DNA of 64,000 bases. It comes from an uncultured Rikenella sp. GTDB taxonomy: Bacteria; Bacteroidota; Bacteroidia; Bacteroidales; VadinHA17. Location: assembly GCA_964621005.1 (NCBI GenBank), contig CAZUIF010000007.1:89955-153954 (forward strand). Direction: 5' to 3'. The stretch's first letter is position 1. Every line of letters begins with the position of its first letter. The position numbers and the translations under genes were made by a program. The notes beneath the pieces are model-generated. The model saw nothing but the letters and a program-made list of their open reading frames with translations, was not told the DNA's origin and made no database searches. Of this stretch, positions 8,950 to 16,478 are shown piece by piece.

Positions 8950-10734
8950 TCATTCCCCCGATTTCTGCGCACTTTTGTCCCACGGCCACGGTTTGGCTTT
9001 AAGGCGAACTGCCTCCTCTTCCCATTTGGCGGCCATCTTTTTAACCCTCTCCGGGTATTTCGATGCCAGGTTTTCCGTTTCTGACGGGTCTTTCTCCAGG
9101 TCATAAAGCTCCCATCCGTTTTCATCTTCCGGTGTGAATTCCATCGGGGTGGCGACTCTCGATACCAGCTTCCAGTTGCCCATCCTTATTGCCCTGTTCC
9201 CCTCATGCTCCCAGAAGAGGAACTCGCGGTTAAGCTTCTTCCCTTCGAAGGCGGGAAGCAGGCTGAGGCCCTCGGGCGGGGTGGTGGTGGCGCCGTGGAA
9301 TTCAGCGGGGTAATTTACTCCTGCCAGTTCAAGGCATGTGGGCATTATGTCAATCAGGTGACCGGGCTCGTCTACAATGACGCCCTTCCTGGCAAGGCCA
9401 TCAGGCCAGTGTACTATAAGCGGTGTGGTTATGCCTCCCTCATGAACAAATGACTTGTAATACCTGAAGGGGGTGTTGCTGGCGTTAGCCCACTCTTCGC
9501 CGTAGGCCACCCACGTGTCTGCCGGTCCCGGCATCACACCGCGTCCGCTCCTGATGAACCTGCCGTCGCGGGTGTATTCCGGCTTCCGTACAGTGAGTAT
9601 CTCGCCCTGCGGATAGGGCTTAAGCACCTTCTGTTCATCGGTCAGCGGTTTGGCCATCCTGTTTGTCAGCACCGGTTCGGCGCAGCCGCCGTTATCCTGC
9701 ATATATAATATTAAAGTGTTGTCAAGCTCCCCTTTTTCTTCCAGCGCCTTCAGTATCCTGCCTATGCCCTGGTCCATGACGTCAATCATGGCGGCATATG
9801 TCTCCATGCGGCGTTCCTGCCACTCCTTCATGGTCTCATCTTCCCATGCGGGTATTGTTGCGGTTCTTTCCGAGAGGCGGTGGTTCGGGGTGACAACCCC
9901 CAATTCATTCTGCCTGCTGAATCTTTGTGCCCTCAGGGAATCCCAGCCTATATCATAAACACCGTCATATTTTGCAATCTCCTCCTCGGGAGCATGAAGC
10001 GGCCAGTGGGCTGCATAGTACGCCACGTAAAAGAAGAAGGGCTTGCCGGCAGGATGCTCCTGTATAAACTTGACTGCAGTGTCGCTGATGGCATCGGTAT
10101 AATAAAATCCTTCACCCGGAGCGATGAATTTGTTGCCGCTGAGCAGGGTGAACGGATCCCAGTAGCTGCATGATCCGCTGAGGTGGCCGAAGAAACGGTC
10201 GAATCCCCTCTGAAGGGGCCAGTTGCTGGTATCAATATCAGGTCCCTGCGGAAGGTTTGAGGCGTTCATCCCGTACAGATGCCACTTGCCGGTCATGTAG
10301 GTTGAATAGCCTGCTTCTCTCAGCAACTCGGCAATGGTTGCGGTGTTCCTGTTCAGGTCATCGAGATAGCCCGGGTCATCCCATAACGGCCTGGTGGCGA
10401 GGTGCCCCATGGCTGCCTGGTGGGGATAGAGCCCGGTCAGCAGTGATGCACGGCTGGGACTGCAGCGCGCGGTATTGTAAAAGTGCGTGAACCGGATCCC
10501 TTCAGATGCCAGCCGGTCAAGACTCGGGGTCTTTATCTCCGAGCCGTAAGGACCGATGTCAGAATAGCCGATGTCATCCGAAAGAATCACTATTATGTTG
10601 GGCCTTTTCGCCTCCACAGGGGCTGTACTTTTACCGGAGGAACATGAGACTGCCAGGAGGGAACCCAGTACCACTCCGAGGAGTCCTGAGATGACCTTCT
10701 GACCTGTGACTTTGGTATTGGTTTTGCTTTTCAT
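8950..10734 (-). CDS. Formylglycine-type sulfatase (arylsulfatase family) lipoprotein
   Basis: 594-aa ORF with lipobox LLAVSCSSG. The sulfatase signature is CSPSRASLLTGLYPHQ (C-x-P-x-R) and the metal site begins IIVILSDDIGY. Confidence 0.85.
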   Translation of the reverse strand: MKSKTNTKVTGQKVISGLLGVVLGSLLAVSCSSGKSTAPVEAKRPNIIVILSDDIGYSDIGPYGSEIKTPSLDRLASEGIRFTHFYNTARCSPSRASLLTGLYPHQAAMGHLATRPLWDDPGYLDDLNRNTATIAELLREAGYSTYMTGKWHLYGMNASNLPQGPDIDTSNWPLQRGFDRFFGHLSGSCSYWDPFTLLSGNKFIAPGEGFYYTDAISDTAVKFIQEHPAGKPFFFYVAYYAAHWPLHAPEEEIAKYDGVYDIGWDSLRAQRFSRQNELGVVTPNHRLSERTATIPAWEDETMKEWQERRMETYAAMIDVMDQGIGRILKALEEKGELDNTLILYMQDNGGCAEPVLTNRMAKPLTDEQKVLKPYPQGEILTVRKPEYTRDGRFIRSGRGVMPGPADTWVAYGEEWANASNTPFRYYKSFVHEGGITTPLIVHWPDGLARKGVIVDEPGHLIDIMPTCLELAGVNYPAEFHGATTTPPEGLSLLPAFEGKKLNREFLFWEHEGNRAIRMGNWKLVSRVATPMEFTPEDENGWELYDLEKDPSETENLASKYPERVKKMAAKWEEEAVRLKAKPWPWDKSAQKSGE

Positions 10735-10756
10735 CTGATTTCTCTTTTCTTCAATG

Positions 10757-10865
10757 CTTTACTCTTGGCCGTCTATCATTGTCAACACTACTGCCTCCCC
10801 TGCAATCTGGCTCCTTCTCCGCCAGCTGGCGGATCGGCCCTCTATTGCCTCTTGCCTACTGCCTG
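10757..10865. repeat. Intergenic GGCAG/CTGCC-arm repeat element, copy A (core plus right arm, internal palindrome CCGCCAGCTGGCGG at 10819-10832)
   Basis: The stretch CATTGTCAACACTACTGCCTCCCCTGCAATCTGGCTCCTTC matches copy B (13482-13522) except at one base (C at 10790 where B has T). The ending GGCCCTCTATTGCCTCTTGCCTACTGCCTG is shared with copies B and C. It lies between the glpD stop and the sulfatase start. Confidence 0.7.
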
Positions 10866-10872
10866 TAAAAAG

Positions 10873-12444
10873 TTATTCCATCACGTATCCCCGCGCCATC
10901 GCCGTGTATTCCTCCACCTGCTGCCTGACCCAGTTTTTGTCTTTGCCCAGCTCCTCTGCCATTATCTCAGCTACCCTGGGGGCCAGTTCTATCGACTTCC
11001 TGGCATCAAGGTAAAGAACCCTTACCCTTCTTGCCAGAACGTCATCAACCGTACGTGCCATTTCCCTCCGTACCGCCCAGACCACTTCCCCGGCAGTGAA
11101 GTCGGACGTGCCGTCAAGCTTCTGTGCCCAGGCTGGATTTTCCTTCTGCATTTTCAGGATCTCATCCAGGTCACTGCCATAAATATACATGCGGTTGGTC
11201 CTGTCAGGATTTTCAAGGTAGCCGTGAATCTTCAGGGTTTTGGTGCGGCACGCCCTGAACGGAAGCTTCCGGGCCCTGATACCGGCATTGACAGTGTCTT
11301 CCGCCATCTTCCGGTAAGTGGTCCACTTACCTCCTGTGATGGTCACGAGCCCTGACGGGGAGACAAGCATTTTGTGACTGCGCGAAATCTCCTTCGTCTT
11401 TGCACCTTCGCTTTCGTGCCTTGGCGCTGCCAGGGGGCGGAGACCTGCGAAGACGCACAGCACGTCACTGCGCTGCGGCTTCTTTTCCAGGTATCTGCCG
11501 GCTGTCTCAAGTATGAAATCAACCTCCTCATCGAGGGCTTTCGGCTCAAGCACGAACTCCCTGACAGGTATGTCTGTGGTTCCCAGGATCACCCTGTTGT
11601 GCCATGGCACCCCGAACATCACCCTGCCGTCACTGGTCTTTGGTATCATTATAGCGTCATCGCCTCCGAGGAAGCTTTTGTCAACGACAAGATGCACTCC
11701 CTGGCTGGGCCTTACAAGAGGCTTCTCCTCCGGATTATCCATCTTTATTATGCTGTCAACGAAGATGCCGGTGGCATTGACGATGCATTTTCCTTCGGCG
11801 GTGAAGTGGGTCCCTTCAAACTCATCCCTTGCAACAACACCCGAAACCTGACCGTCAGAGTTCTTGAGAAGCTGCACCACGGTTACATAGTTGATTACGG
11901 TGGCACCCTTTTCAATTGCAGTCTGCATCAGGTTGATGGCAAGGCGGGAGTCGTCAAACTGACCGTCATGATAAACGACGCCACCCCGGAGACCCTGGCG
12001 TACGATCTGCGGGATTGATCTGACAACCTGGTTGCGGCTCATGGGAAGGGAACGGCCGAGGCTCATTCCGCCTGACAGCAGGTCATAGAACGTCAGACCG
12101 AGGGTATAGAACGGTTTTTCCCACCACTTGTAATTGCCGATGATAAAACGCTGGTTCTTCACCAGGTGCGGAGCATTCCTCCGAAGATAACCTCTCTCGC
12201 GAAGCGCTTCCCTCACAAGGGCTACATCTCCCTTCTGAAGATAACGCACACCTCCGTGAACAAGCTTTGTGCTACGTGCAGATGTGGCTTTTGCAAAATC
12301 AGACTGTTCGAGCAGCAACGTACTGTAACCCCTTGTTGCGGCATCGACGGCAACACCCAGACCGGTGGCGCCTCCGCCGATGATAATGAAATCCCACTGC
12401 CGCTTCCTGTCTTTCAAATCCTTTAAAAAATCTTCTCTTTCCAA
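10873..12444 (-). CDS. glpD: FAD-dependent glycerol-3-phosphate dehydrogenase
   Basis: 523-aa ORF. The N-terminal dinucleotide fold is FIIIGGGATGLGVAVDAATRGYSTLLLEQSDFAKATSARSTKLVHGGVRYL, matching GlpD/GlpA-type enzymes. Confidence 0.88.
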   Translation of the reverse strand: MEREDFLKDLKDRKRQWDFIIIGGGATGLGVAVDAATRGYSTLLLEQSDFAKATSARSTKLVHGGVRYLQKGDVALVREALRERGYLRRNAPHLVKNQRFIIGNYKWWEKPFYTLGLTFYDLLSGGMSLGRSLPMSRNQVVRSIPQIVRQGLRGGVVYHDGQFDDSRLAINLMQTAIEKGATVINYVTVVQLLKNSDGQVSGVVARDEFEGTHFTAEGKCIVNATGIFVDSIIKMDNPEEKPLVRPSQGVHLVVDKSFLGGDDAIMIPKTSDGRVMFGVPWHNRVILGTTDIPVREFVLEPKALDEEVDFILETAGRYLEKKPQRSDVLCVFAGLRPLAAPRHESEGAKTKEISRSHKMLVSPSGLVTITGGKWTTYRKMAEDTVNAGIRARKLPFRACRTKTLKIHGYLENPDRTNRMYIYGSDLDEILKMQKENPAWAQKLDGTSDFTAGEVVWAVRREMARTVDDVLARRVRVLYLDARKSIELAPRVAEIMAEELGKDKNWVRQQVEEYTAMARGYVME

Positions 12445-12602
12445 GGTATATATGTCTTAATTATGATTTATGTCAGAAAAACATGGTAAAATTATGAGAA
12501 GGATTTCTTAATTCAAAACAAAAATGAAAGAAAAAATAATAAATCGTAATATTTAATTATTATTAAGATTTTATTTTTCTTGTTTTATATTAGTTTTGTT
12601 TT

Positions 12603-12610
12603 TACATTTG
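12603..12610 (+). promoter_or_regulatory. Candidate Bacteroidota -7 promoter box (TAnnTTTG) for glpR
   Basis: TACATTTG lies 38-45 nt upstream of the glpR ATG, inside a strongly AT-rich divergent intergenic region (12445-12647). Confidence 0.35.
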
Positions 12611-12647
12611 ACTGTCAACAAAAAAATCCGGTCTGCGGTCTGAAATT

Positions 12648-13412
12648 ATGAGAAACATAGCGCAACGCCACAAGATTATTCTTGCTGAACTTGAAAAGGA
12701 GGGTTATGTCAGGGTGCATGACCTCAGCTTACGGTTGGGAGTTTCTGAAGTTACGATTCGAAAGGATTTGAAAGATCTTGAAGAAAAAAGGATGCTGATC
12801 CGGTCTCACGGAAGTGCCGGGCAGGTCAGCTCACTGACAATCGACAGGCACATTGACGAGAAGGAAAAGGTACAGGTAGGGGAGAAGACCAGGATTGCCG
12901 AGGCAGCAAACAGGCTGCTGGTAAAAAATGACCGTATCATTATAGCTTCCGGGACCACCGTTCTGGCGTTTGCACAGCACATTACAATCCCTGACCCCAT
13001 AACAGTCATAACCCCATCGGTCAAAGTTTCCCTCATACTGAGTTACAAGCCGAATATTGACATTATCCAGCTTGGCGGCTCGCTTCGCAGGAGCTCCGCA
13101 TCTGCCATCGGGCCGTATGCAGAGTCACTCCTGACAGAAATGATGTGCAGCAAGCTCTTCATAGGAATTGACGGGCTGGATCTTGACCACGGACTGACAA
13201 CCAGCAACATCGCAGAGGCTCATCTCAACCAGTACATGATCAATGCTGCCCAGGAGGTGATAGTGCTGGCCGACTCAACAAAGTTCGGCAAGAGGGGATT
13301 CGGAAAGATATGCAATCTCAATAAGGTCCACCACATTATCACAGACCGTAACGCTCCCGGCAACATTATCCAGATCATCCGCGAGAAGGGGATTGAGGTG
13401 ACGCTGGTCTGA
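12648..13412 (+). CDS. glpR: DeoR-family transcriptional regulator (GlpR-like)
   Basis: 254-aa ORF. The N-terminal HTH reads RHKIILAELEKEGYVRVHDLSLRLGVSEVTIRKDLKDLE, and a DeoR C-terminal sensor-like domain follows. It is divergent from the glpD operon. Confidence 0.85.
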   Translation: MRNIAQRHKIILAELEKEGYVRVHDLSLRLGVSEVTIRKDLKDLEEKRMLIRSHGSAGQVSSLTIDRHIDEKEKVQVGEKTRIAEAANRLLVKNDRIIIASGTTVLAFAQHITIPDPITVITPSVKVSLILSYKPNIDIIQLGGSLRRSSASAIGPYAESLLTEMMCSKLFIGIDGLDLDHGLTTSNIAEAHLNQYMINAAQEVIVLADSTKFGKRGFGKICNLNKVHHIITDRNAPGNIIQIIREKGIEVTLV

Positions 13413-13419
13413 GGAACCA

Positions 13420-13580
13420 GGCAATAGGCAGTAGGCAGCAGGCAGTAGTGAAGAATCTGCTAATCATTTAGTTATGGTATGCATTGTCAACACTATTGCC
13501 TCCCCTGCAATCTGGCTCCTTCGCTGAAATGACCCACCGGGTCATTTCTTTACGCTTGGCCCTCTCTTGCCTACTGCCTC
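13420..13580. repeat. Intergenic GGCAG/CTGCC-arm repeat element, copy B (most complete copy)
   Basis: The left arm is GGCAATAGGCAGTAGGCAGCAGGCAGTAG and the right arm is CTCTTGCCTACTGCCTC, which are inverted relative to each other. The core is CATTGTCAACACTATTGCCTCCCCTGCAATCTGGCTCCTTC. An internal perfect hairpin GAAATGACCC-ACC-GGGTCATTTC sits at 13526-13548. The element starts 8 nt after the glpR stop. Confidence 0.75.
13526..13555 (+). terminator. Hairpin plus T-rich tail, candidate glpR terminator (inside repeat copy B)
   Basis: A 10-bp perfect stem GAAATGACCC/GGGTCATTTC with a 3-nt loop is followed by TTTAC. Confidence 0.4.
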
Positions 13581-13653
13581 TTAATTTGTATGATATATGT
13601 TGTATAACCTCATATAATTTTCATCTCCCCTGATGCCAGCCGGAGAGGATTCT

Positions 13654-13661
13654 TAAATTTG
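13654..13661 (+). promoter_or_regulatory. Candidate -7 promoter box (TAnnTTTG) for the GHL10-NamZ/amidase operon
   Basis: TAAATTTG lies 31-38 nt upstream of the ATG at 13692. Confidence 0.35.
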
Positions 13662-13691
13662 TATCAGCCACCACTATAAAACCAGATCGTT

Positions 13692-16478
13692 ATGGCATTA
13701 AAATCCTCTATCAGAGTCATTGCAGCGCTGATGGCCATTGCTGTTGCCGGATGCGCAACCCAGAAGAAGGCTGTGACAGGTGACCCGTCAGGCCGCACCC
13801 CTGCCGCCGAGCGCGAGTTCCGCGCTGCCTGGGTGGCAACTGTCGCCAATATAAACTGGCCCAGCAAGCCCGGCCTCTCTGTCGAAGAGCAAAAGAGCGA
13901 GGCTATAGCCCTGCTCGACCTGCTTTACAAAAACAATTTCAACGCCGTAATCTTCCAGGTGAGGCCGCATTGCGACGCAATGTACAAAAGCGATCTGGAA
14001 CCGTGGTCATACTACCTCACCGGAGAGGAGGGGAAAGCTCCCGATCCTTATTATGATCCGCTGCAGTTCTGGATTGACGAGGCACATGCCAGGGGAATAG
14101 AACTCCATGCATGGCTCAATCCTTACCGCGCACACCACCCGGCTGCCGGCCCTGTCACTGATGTCTCAATTGTCAGGAAACGCCCTGACCTGGTGCTGGA
14201 ACTCGAGGTTGAAAACTACTGGTGGATGGATCCGGCACTCAAGGGTACGCAGGATCACTCATATAACGTGGTGATGGACCTGGTGCGTCGCTATGACCTC
14301 GACGGCATCCATTTCGATGATTACTTCTATCCATATCCCGACTACAACAACTTTAAGGATTTTCCTGATGACCAGAGCTGGCAGGCATACCAGGCTTCGG
14401 GCGGCAAGCTTTCACGCTCCGACTGGCGCAGGGATGCCGTCAATACATTTATCGAGAGGCTGTACAAAGGGATAAAGGCCGAGAAGCCCTGGGTCAAGTT
14501 CGGGCTGAGTCCCTTCGGGATTTGGCAGCCGTACAATCCGCCTGCAATCGGCGGCGGCTTCAACCAGCACGAGACTCTCTACGCTGACGCGAAGCTATGG
14601 CTGAACAAGGGATGGATCGACTATTACTCGCCTCAGCTCTACTGGCCGATCAACCAGATCGCGCAGAGTTTCCCGGTACTGCTTGGCTGGTGGAATGAGC
14701 AGAACCTCAAGGGAAGAAGCCTGTGGCCGGGAATCAGCATAGGCCTGTCACCCACCTCGAGGGCAATAGACGAGACAGTGAACCAGATAATGGTTACGCG
14801 CGGAATCGTTCCGAACAGCCCCGGTGTGATACACTGGAGTATCGGGCCGCTTGTGAATTCACCGGAACTGGTTAAGGCTGTGGCGGAAGGTCCCTACCGC
14901 AGGCCTGCCCTCGTACCGCCGATGCCATGGCTTGACACGAAAGCTCCTGCACCTCCTTCGGTGACGGTGAAGGCTGAGGACGGGAACCTGAAGCTGACAT
15001 GGACTCACCCTGATCCCTCTGATGTCGGCCGCTGGGTCGTCTACTACAAGTACGGAAACCAGTGGAATCAGAATATTCACGGTAACACCGTCCTGCAGGA
15101 TGCCATTCCCGCATTTACAATCAACAGGACATTCCTCAGCCGTACCCCTATGGAAAATGTGACAAAGCCGGAACAGGCCTTCGTAAAGCTCGACAGTGTC
15201 GCTGTTTCGGCTGTTGACCGTTTCGGGAACGAGAGCATGATCAGCAGGATGGCGGTTACAGGATTCACTTTCGCCGATGGACCGGCACTCGAAATGGTGC
15301 TGGCTGAGTTTTATGAGGGGATGAAACGGCCGCCGGTACCAGTGCCGGCAGTCACCCCCGGTATTAACGTACTCGTAGATGAGCAGCTTGACCTGATAAA
15401 GGGGAAAAGGGTCGGTCTCATTACCAATCCTTCGGCAGTGGGCATTGATATGCGGAGCACTGTCGATATACTGGCAACCACCCCCGGAGTCAACCTGGTG
15501 GCGCTCTTCGGTGCCGAGCACGGCGTACGCGGTGCCCAGCAGGGCCGGATCTTCACCGACGGCGAAAAAGACCCGGCAACGGGAATACCTGTCTACAGCC
15601 TCTACGGTACCTCATGGGCACCTAAAAAGGAGTGGCTCGACAGCATCGATGTAATGATATTTGATATCCAGGGAGTCGGCTCCGCATGGTATACATTCAA
15701 GTTCTCCATGTCTCATGCGATGGAGGCATGCGCGAAGGCAGGCATCCCGTTCATCGTTCTTGACAGGCCCAACCCGCTGGGAGGCCGGGTGGTTGAGGGT
15801 CCGATGCAGGACACAATCAGTATTTACAATCACCGCCTGCCGCTCAGGCACGGGATGACCTACGGCGAGCTGGCAACGATGTGGAATGAGACTGAAGGAT
15901 ACGGTGCTGACCTCACGGTTGTCAGGATGAAAGGCTGGCGCAGAAGCATGATGTGGAATGAGACAGGACTGCAGTGGGTGATGCCCTCTCCGAATATCGA
16001 CAACTGGGAGACAGCAGTGGTCTACCCCGGACAGTGTCTCTTTGAGAGAACAAACATGTCGGAAGGACGTGGCATGACGAAGCCGTTCGTTGTCACCGGG
16101 GCTCCGTGGGTAAATGCAGAGAAAGCAGCTGCCGACCTGAACTCACGCGGTATCAGGGGTGCCTATTTCAGGCCTCTGTATTTCATTCCCAGGTCATCAG
16201 GCCCTGTCAGTAACCGCAGCAGCAAACCGTGGAACGAGATGTGCGGAGGTGTTGAGATAATGCTCACCGACCCTGCTGCTTACCGTTCGGTGGAAGCCGC
16301 ACTCCATATAATTGACGCTTACAGGAAAACCAGCCCTGACTCACTCAGGTGGTCGCCGCCGGCTATAATGAGGAAGCTCAATGAGCCGGGTGTCACTGTT
16401 GAGGAAGTAGTCAAAGCCTGCCAGGATGACGTTTCAGAGTTTATGGAAATCCGCCAGAAATATTTACTGTACAGATGA
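13692..16478 (+). CDS. Fusion lipoprotein: N-terminal GHL10 (YddW/DigH/YngK-like glycosyl-hydrolase-like) domain plus C-terminal DUF1343/NamZ-like exo-beta-N-acetylmuramidase domain
   Basis: 928-aa ORF with lipobox AVAGC. The N-terminal half reads EFRAAWVATVANINWPSKPGLS...NAVIFQVRPHCDAMYKSDLEPWSYYLTG...GIELHAWLNPYR (GHL10/DUF187 pattern). The C-terminal half reads GKRVGLITNPSAVGIDMRSTVDIL...LVALFGAEHGVRGAQQG...MIFDIQGVGSAWYTF...VLDRPNPLGG (DUF1343 pattern). Confidence 0.75.
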   Translation: MALKSSIRVIAALMAIAVAGCATQKKAVTGDPSGRTPAAEREFRAAWVATVANINWPSKPGLSVEEQKSEAIALLDLLYKNNFNAVIFQVRPHCDAMYKSDLEPWSYYLTGEEGKAPDPYYDPLQFWIDEAHARGIELHAWLNPYRAHHPAAGPVTDVSIVRKRPDLVLELEVENYWWMDPALKGTQDHSYNVVMDLVRRYDLDGIHFDDYFYPYPDYNNFKDFPDDQSWQAYQASGGKLSRSDWRRDAVNTFIERLYKGIKAEKPWVKFGLSPFGIWQPYNPPAIGGGFNQHETLYADAKLWLNKGWIDYYSPQLYWPINQIAQSFPVLLGWWNEQNLKGRSLWPGISIGLSPTSRAIDETVNQIMVTRGIVPNSPGVIHWSIGPLVNSPELVKAVAEGPYRRPALVPPMPWLDTKAPAPPSVTVKAEDGNLKLTWTHPDPSDVGRWVVYYKYGNQWNQNIHGNTVLQDAIPAFTINRTFLSRTPMENVTKPEQAFVKLDSVAVSAVDRFGNESMISRMAVTGFTFADGPALEMVLAEFYEGMKRPPVPVPAVTPGINVLVDEQLDLIKGKRVGLITNPSAVGIDMRSTVDILATTPGVNLVALFGAEHGVRGAQQGRIFTDGEKDPATGIPVYSLYGTSWAPKKEWLDSIDVMIFDIQGVGSAWYTFKFSMSHAMEACAKAGIPFIVLDRPNPLGGRVVEGPMQDTISIYNHRLPLRHGMTYGELATMWNETEGYGADLTVVRMKGWRRSMMWNETGLQWVMPSPNIDNWETAVVYPGQCLFERTNMSEGRGMTKPFVVTGAPWVNAEKAAADLNSRGIRGAYFRPLYFIPRSSGPVSNRSSKPWNEMCGGVEIMLTDPAAYRSVEAALHIIDAYRKTSPDSLRWSPPAIMRKLNEPGVTVEEVVKACQDDVSEFMEIRQKYLLYR

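Noticed and set aside
8943-9125. A 60-aa Lys/Arg-rich minus-strand ORF.
   Set aside because: It is an alternative frame within the 3' end of the sulfatase gene and is a compositional artefact.
10754-12426. Plus-strand ORFs at 10754-11014, 10765-11355, 11374-12018, 11513-11851 and 12166-12426, and a minus-strand alternative-frame ORF at 11343-11549.
   Set aside because: They are antisense or alternative-frame shadows of glpD with no recognisable motifs. The glpD frame has a clear FAD-binding signature.
13664-15858. Numerous 60-220-aa ORFs inside the GHL10-NamZ gene, either antisense to it or in alternative frames (for example 14859-15521).
   Set aside because: These are typical GC-rich shadow ORFs. 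The 928-aa frame carries both domain signatures continuously.
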